From Prevotella sp. (lineage in GTDB: Bacteria; Bacteroidota; Bacteroidia; Bacteroidales; Bacteroidaceae): a stretch of DNA of 64,000 bases. The position numbers and the translations under genes were made by a program. Below, in pieces: positions 59,701-64,000 of the stretch. The stretch spans positions 163 through 64,162 of the forward strand of contig JAFSKJ010000097.1 in NCBI GenBank assembly GCA_017449025.1, given 5' to 3'. The notes beneath the pieces are model-generated. The model did not search any database and had not been told where the DNA came from. It saw nothing but the letters and a program-made list of their open reading frames with translations. Numbering within the stretch: position 1 is the first letter of the stretch; each line of letters opens with the position of its first letter.

Positions 59701-60672
59701 GGGCAGCATCACCAGTCCCTTCGACTGGCAGCCTATCCAGATGTTGCCGAGGCGGTCTTCGCTGATGGCCAGGATTATCGACGTGTTGAGCTCGATGCCG
59801 CGCAGGGCACACTCCACGCGCGTAAGCCTGCGGCTGCCCTTGGCCAGTAGGAAGAGACCGTCGCCGCGGGTGCCTATGTAGACGTTGCCCTCATGGTCCT
59901 GACAGGCACTGCTGATTACCACCTTGTCGCCGCCCAGCGCCGACAGGTCGATGTCGGACACGGCCATGACGCCGTTGCGGAACGACGATATGCCGTGCAT
60001 GCCGATGGCGAGAATCTCGTCGCCGAATTCAACAATGCCCACCACTATGCCGGTTTTCACAAAGTACTGGTGCACGCCGCCGGAATCCTTCATGGTCACC
60101 TCGTCGCCGTAGCCGCACTTCCAGAATCGGCCGTTGCTGTCTTCGGCCATCTGGTTGAAGTACCAGTTGCCGGAGCCTGTGGTATAGCCGTCGGCAATCT
60201 TCTCGATCTTGCTCTGTGGCGCATCAGGGACAATGGTGTAGAGGCCACGGCCAGAGGTGCCGAAGAGCAACTGGCCGTCGCGGCGCTCAATCATCGATAT
60301 TACCCTCGGCTCGGAAGCCTCACCGAAGGGATAGTTGACGAAGCTGTTGGTGGAATAGTCGAAGCGCGACAGGCCCTTGCGGGTGCCCACCCACAGGCGT
60401 CCCTTGCTGTCGCAGAACACCTTGACCACGATGTTGCTGCTCAGCGTTGCTGGGTCGTCGGGGCGATGGTAGTAGGTGGTGAAGCTGTAGCCGTCGAAGC
60501 GGTTGAGGCCGTTTTCGGTGGCTATCCACATATAGCCGTACTGGTCTTGGCATATATCGTTTACAAGACCGCTGGAGAAGCGGTCGGCAGCATAGTAGTG
60601 CCCTGCCTGGCCGTGGGTCAGGCAGGAGCACAACAGTGTAATCAGAAGTATGGCTATACGTGGAGTCTTCAT
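56731..60672 (-). CDS. Hybrid two-component system regulator; HTCS-B (paralog of HTCS-A)
   Basis: GYMWIATENGLNRFDG, LHPGTYRIEVRA, THDIRSPLTLI, NLLSNAFKY, GTGIGL, SDVMMPEMDG, AraC HTH. Confidence 0.95.
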   Translation of the reverse strand: MKTPRIAILLITLLCSCLTHGQAGHYYAADRFSSGLVNDICQDQYGYMWIATENGLNRFDGYSFTTYYHRPDDPATLSSNIVVKVFCDSKGRLWVGTRKGLSRFDYSTNSFVNYPFGEASEPRVISMIERRDGQLLFGTSGRGLYTIVPDAPQSKIEKIADGYTTGSGNWYFNQMAEDSNGRFWKCGYGDEVTMKDSGGVHQYFVKTGIVVGIVEFGDEILAIGMHGISSFRNGVMAVSDIDLSALGGDKVVISSACQDHEGNVYIGTRGDGLFLLAKGSRRLTRVECALRGIELNTSIILAISEDRLGNIWIGCQSKGLVMLPRHQPQFSAWSFSANHHYISSTLTSVCQGDNGITWCVVQGNGVYGFGSDGRIVAHPAAPPSSDFIYRDRRGNYWIGSDEALYAYNPLNGQWQHHVQFVSDKINDMVDDGQGTLYISTYSRGFCAYNTETRSMKNFLSTDAPTDKGSLVNNWVLDMMLDSKKRLWLATSAGVSCYDTASGSFRTLGSDYLMEGMICFSLCETRQGDILIGTDQGLYRYSNGQQQAEPFSSDGAIADKSIAYIVEADNGDIWCATSMGIWQYDKKHQRFISHVNGNGLTAKEYVPGVGMQTADDLVGFAHNDGLTVFRPAEVTGSHSRLPDVKLTDFLIAGKAVNSLTLSNGSAVADGPTIGSDKFRVSYLDNTVSLEFSLLDFNDAGNIIFEYRINNDDWRQNPEGQNTIQLSHLHPGTYRIEVRALSAGIYSSVKTITVEVTPPWYSSTIAYVVYALAFLALLAIAAYLWRRRANQQLDEEKMKFLINATHDIRSPLTLIMGAVKKLRNTAEASEHSQQEAVDTIDRNAQRLLLLVNQILDERRIDKKQMLLHCRETNMVEFLSGICRLYQFNATQRNITFTFEHDKDHVMAWIDRINFDKVVSNLLSNAFKYTFDGGEVKVTLRETENDVEIQVVDSGVGFKSEDLNHLFDRFFRGRNADDMGMQGTGIGLNLSQTITTMHKGRIKAENRSDGVSGACFTVSIPKGNSHLKPEQIVTDSPAREVLSQGGGGSKSFRQYHILIADDDSEIANYIISELGNRYRFDHAPNGKEALKMLLMQSEDSTNPKLQPYDLVISDVMMPEMDGLTLLKRIKDNPNISQLPVIMLTSKAAVEHKLEGLKSGADAYLAKPFNMEELHIQIDNLIDNVRRLRGKFSGAVKQEDRVEKIEMKGNDEQLMDRIMRSINANISNPEYTIDTLASDVGISRAQLHRKMKEITGISTGKFLRNLRMEQAARLLREGGVNVSQIADRVGYADQAHFATAFKAHFGQTPTEYADSHS

Positions 60673-60680
60673 TGTTGTTA

Positions 60681-62735
60681 CTAATTAATAAGGTAAGTCT
60701 TGGTCTTGCCCTGGTATGTGGCCTTGACAGTGGCACGGCCAGCGCTGACGGGGCTGACGTGGAAGGTCACGCCTGGCGTCTTGCCGCCATCATCGGCGGA
60801 AGCTGCAATCTTGGAACCATCGTTCAGCGGGGCATAGCACTGATAGGTGGTGGCATCCATCAGGCCGTTCTGGTTGGTGGCCCGGACGGGAGTATTGGGA
60901 ATGCTGACCTTCTTGCCGTCGACGGTGATGGTGACCTGCGGCACCGTAGGAGCAGTATGGACAGCACCCTTGGAGAAACTGATGCCGTGGAGGTCGAAGA
61001 GGCCCTGCGGACGCTGCGGCTGCTGCGGGCGCTGGCCCCACTGGGGGCGCTGCGGCTGTTCGGGCTGCTTGATTTCCGGGCCTTCGGCTACAAGGTAGAT
61101 GGCGTGCTTGCCCGTGAGACCCTCTACAGCTGGAACGGCTGCATAATACATCCATTCCCGGCGTTCAGCATCTGCAGCCACATCTATCACACCTATTTCT
61201 TGACCGCTCCAAGGATTGTCGAGCTTGACGTGAATCTTGAAGGCACCCTTGCCACTGGGCGTCAAACAGAGGCCGATGGTGGTGTTGTCGCCGGCCTTGG
61301 TGCCCTCGAAGGCCTTGCAGCCCTTGGTGTCCTTGGCCAGGCCGCCAAAGCCGAAGTACTTGAAGCCAACGATGCCACCGTTCTGTATGCCGGCCAGGTC
61401 CATGGAGTTGCTCCACACGTCGTGGTTGTCCTGCATATACTGGCCACTGTTAGGGCCGTACATGAAGCAGGCCAGGCCTGCCGAATAGTAGGCGTAGGGA
61501 GGCAGGCCGAAGATCTGGAAGCCCTCGCTGGTCACCTCGGCACCCGTGTACTCGTTGCCGTCGGAGGCTTTTGCCGTCCACTCGTTATTCTTGGCGAAGG
61601 GGTCGTAGCCGGTGATGCGCACCTTGCCGCCCTTGGCCACGGGCTTCTTGTCCCACGTTATCTTCACCGGCGCCACCATGGCCTGGCGGGCATTGCCGAA
61701 GCCGCGCGGCGGACGATGGTAGAACACGTACCACTGGCCGTTGATCTCCTGCAGCGAGCCGTGGGTGTTGTGGCCGGCGTTGGTCTCTATCAGCTTAGAG
61801 CCGTCGGCATTGGCAACCACACCGCGCGAATCGACCAGCACGCCGCCAGAGCGCCACGGGCCGAGGGGGGTGTCGCCGTAGGCATAGCGCAGGGCGCTGT
61901 TGGTGCTGCCAAGGCCGTACTCCTTGCCGGAGTAGCCCGAGAACACCATCACATACTTGTTGCCTACCTGCCGGATGCTCGAGGCTTCGAAGAAGTTGAA
62001 GTCGAGAGGGTTCTGCTCCTGGTAGAGGGCCTTGTAGACGCTGCCCTCCTTGTCAAGAAGCTTGCCGTCGCGGCTGCTGGCAGGTATGAAGGGGTCGATA
62101 AGCTCGGTGCCGGGGCGCTTGCTGTACATGGTCTGCTGGTCGAGCTCGCAGGCCGTGGAGTGCTGGAAACCGTAGAACACGTAGGCGCGGTAGCCCATGG
62201 CGTAGTCCTTGTCCTTCTTGTCGGTGATGGTCTCGATGAACACCGAGGGGTCGAAGTCGATGAGTGAGCCGTCAACGCAGCGCGAGCCGTCGGCGGTGAG
62301 GTTAACAGGAGTGAAAGGCCCGTTGGGGCGGTCGCCCTTGCACACCATGGCTATGCGCCCCCAGCCGCGGCTGTGGGGATAGAGCCAGTAGGTCTTCTTG
62401 CCCGTGGTGCGGTCTTTCACTTCAACGAGGTCGGGGGCATACATGGTGTCCCACTGGCCGTTGACGTACCAGGAAAAGATGGGGCCTTCGTCGCGCCACT
62501 GCGAGAGGTCGTCGACAGGTGCCGACCACATGCGGATGTCGTTGCCGCAGTACTTGTCGTAGTGCACGTCGTGCGAGCCAATGATGTAGGCACGCTGCTT
62601 GCCGGGGTTGTCGGGGTCGTCAAACACACGGGGTTCGCCGTCGGGCAGATGCTCCCACAACGGCAGGTACGGATTCTGGGCGTTCGCAGTCAATGCCACG
62701 AAGAGCGCCGATGCAATGAATAGTGATTTTTTCAT
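60681..62735 (-). CDS. GH43-like glycoside hydrolase with a C-terminal CBM6-like module
   Basis: NPYLPLWEHLPDGEPRVF, YAPD, FDPSVF, FFEASSIR, NTHGS, GFKYFGF..GKHAIYLV. Confidence 0.8.
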   Translation of the reverse strand: MKKSLFIASALFVALTANAQNPYLPLWEHLPDGEPRVFDDPDNPGKQRAYIIGSHDVHYDKYCGNDIRMWSAPVDDLSQWRDEGPIFSWYVNGQWDTMYAPDLVEVKDRTTGKKTYWLYPHSRGWGRIAMVCKGDRPNGPFTPVNLTADGSRCVDGSLIDFDPSVFIETITDKKDKDYAMGYRAYVFYGFQHSTACELDQQTMYSKRPGTELIDPFIPASSRDGKLLDKEGSVYKALYQEQNPLDFNFFEASSIRQVGNKYVMVFSGYSGKEYGLGSTNSALRYAYGDTPLGPWRSGGVLVDSRGVVANADGSKLIETNAGHNTHGSLQEINGQWYVFYHRPPRGFGNARQAMVAPVKITWDKKPVAKGGKVRITGYDPFAKNNEWTAKASDGNEYTGAEVTSEGFQIFGLPPYAYYSAGLACFMYGPNSGQYMQDNHDVWSNSMDLAGIQNGGIVGFKYFGFGGLAKDTKGCKAFEGTKAGDNTTIGLCLTPSGKGAFKIHVKLDNPWSGQEIGVIDVAADAERREWMYYAAVPAVEGLTGKHAIYLVAEGPEIKQPEQPQRPQWGQRPQQPQRPQGLFDLHGISFSKGAVHTAPTVPQVTITVDGKKVSIPNTPVRATNQNGLMDATTYQCYAPLNDGSKIAASADDGGKTPGVTFHVSPVSAGRATVKATYQGKTKTYLIN

Positions 62736-64000
62736 GACTTTATTGTTGGGTTAGGTTTCTTTTCTTCGGTGATGAGGAACACGCAGACGGCTCCGGCAGC
62801 AAAGCAGGCTCCAGAGACGAACATCATGGTGGACTGATGGTGGCCCACCAAGGAGAGGATGGTGCCGCCGCAGAGGGCTGCCACTATCTGCGGCAGGCAG
62901 ATGGTGCCGTTGAACAGGCCCAGATAGGCTCCCATGTGGCCGTAGCCCTGCAGGGCGTTGGTGACAATGGTGAACGGCATGGCAAGCATGGCGGCCCAGC
63001 CGCAGCCAATGAGCAGGAAGGGAAGTATCTGCAGGTACTTGTCGGCGCAGAAGGGGATGAGCATGAAGCCTAAGGCTCCAAGGATGAGACTCACGGAGTA
63101 GGCCATCTTCACATTGCTGAATCGCGGCAGCAAGGCTGCCCACACCACGGAGCCTAAGGCCTGGATGGCGTAGAGCACTCCCGTCCAGTCGCCGGCATCC
63201 TGATAGTCCTTAGTGGCTGGGTCGATGGTGCCCCAGACGGTCTCCGACACTGCGTCGACAACGTATGTCCACATGTAGAGCATGCCTGCCCAGCAGAAGA
63301 ACTGCACCAACCCCACCTTCCAGAAGGTGACAGGGGCGTTCTTCAGAAGGGTAAGCCAGTTTGCAGAGTCCCTATTGGTCTCATTGGTCTCATTGGTCCC
63401 ATTATACTCTTCATACTCCTTAGGCGGCCATTCCTTCACCTTAACCGTGGTGTAGATGACACACAGTATGAGTATCAGGGCACCGATGTAGAACGACCAG
63501 ATGACGCTGTCGGGCACCACACCCTCGGGAGCCACATTGCTCAGGCCTATCCGGGCAAAGACAAAGGGGAACAGGAAGCCCACCACAGAGCCGGCATTGC
63601 ACAGGAACGACTGAATGGAGTAGGCCTTGGCCTTCTGCTTCTCGTTCACCATGTCGCCGACAAGCATCTTGAAAGGCTGCATGGCCATGTTGATGCTGGT
63701 GTCGAGGAGCATCAGCGCAAAGAGACCGAAGATGAGGGCCGTGGCTACCGACATGCCGAAGCTGCCTGAGTTGGGCAGAAGGCACATCACGCAGACGGCC
63801 AAGGCCGCACCTATGAAGAGATAGGGGATGCGGCGCCCGAAGCGCGTCCACGTACGGTCGCTGAGCGTGCCAACAATGGGCTGCACAAGGATGCCCATCA
63901 GCGGCGGAAGAATCCAGAAGAACGACAGAGAGTGGGGGTCGGCACCAAGGGTGCGGAAGATACGGGAGATGTTGCCACTCTGCAGGGCGTAGGCTATCTG
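62732..64000 (-). CDS. MFS sugar transporter (maltose/sucrose-type), 5' end outside the window
   Basis: Frame open to the window edge (QIAYALQSGNISRIF..); VQPIVGTLSDRTWTRFGRRIPYL, NMAMQPFKMLVGD, GAYLGLFN; many TM helices. Confidence 0.9.
   Translation of the reverse strand, partial: QIAYALQSGNISRIFRTLGADPHSLSFFWILPPLMGILVQPIVGTLSDRTWTRFGRRIPYLFIGAALAVCVMCLLPNSGSFGMSVATALIFGLFALMLLDTSINMAMQPFKMLVGDMVNEKQKAKAYSIQSFLCNAGSVVGFLFPFVFARIGLSNVAPEGVVPDSVIWSFYIGALILILCVIYTTVKVKEWPPKEYEEYNGTNETNETNRDSANWLTLLKNAPVTFWKVGLVQFFCWAGMLYMWTYVVDAVSETVWGTIDPATKDYQDAGDWTGVLYAIQALGSVVWAALLPRFSNVKMAYSVSLILGALGFMLIPFCADKYLQILPFLLIGCGWAAMLAMPFTIVTNALQGYGHMGAYLGLFNGTICLPQIVAALCGGTILSLVGHHQSTMMFVSGACFAAGAVCVFLITEEKKPNPTIKS

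Noticed and set aside
1-64000. tRNA/rRNA, integrase, transposase, invertase, reverse transcriptase or defence genes
   Set aside because: None recognised; any inversion or mobility suggested above would need trans-acting or RecA activity

Overview
Bacteroidota (Prevotella-like) chromosomal region devoted to plant-glycan use. Its core is two paralogous 7-gene cassettes in mirror orientation, each ordered fasciclin(FAS1) lipoprotein-SusC-SusD-FAS1-FAS1-SusC-SusD (cassette A, minus strand, 6523-22907; cassette B, plus strand, 36672-53768). Around them are two hybrid two-component regulators (HTCS), secreted multidomain enzymes (GH10 xylanase, GH51+GH43-like arabinofuranosidase, GH43-like/CBM6, CotH-type kinase), six proteins with a short Prevotella-type T9SS-like C-terminal tail (one broken by an in-frame TAG), a TIGR02757/DUF2400 gene and a partial MFS sugar transporter. 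The most unusual signals are non-coding. (1) Two unannotated ~190-205 nt sRNA candidates each have a TAnnTTTG promoter, a GUGA-tetraloop terminator and U-rich tracts complementary to translation-initiation regions in this locus. (2) A 21-bp-period direct-repeat operator sits at the same offset in five promoters, including both sRNA promoters. (3) Signal peptides and gene junctions are built from repeat modules that fold back over start codons, including a 193-bp, 91%-identical inverted copy shared by the two terminal susD genes. No tRNA, rRNA, CRISPR array, transposase or recombinase was seen. Family assignments come from motif recognition by eye, not from database searches.
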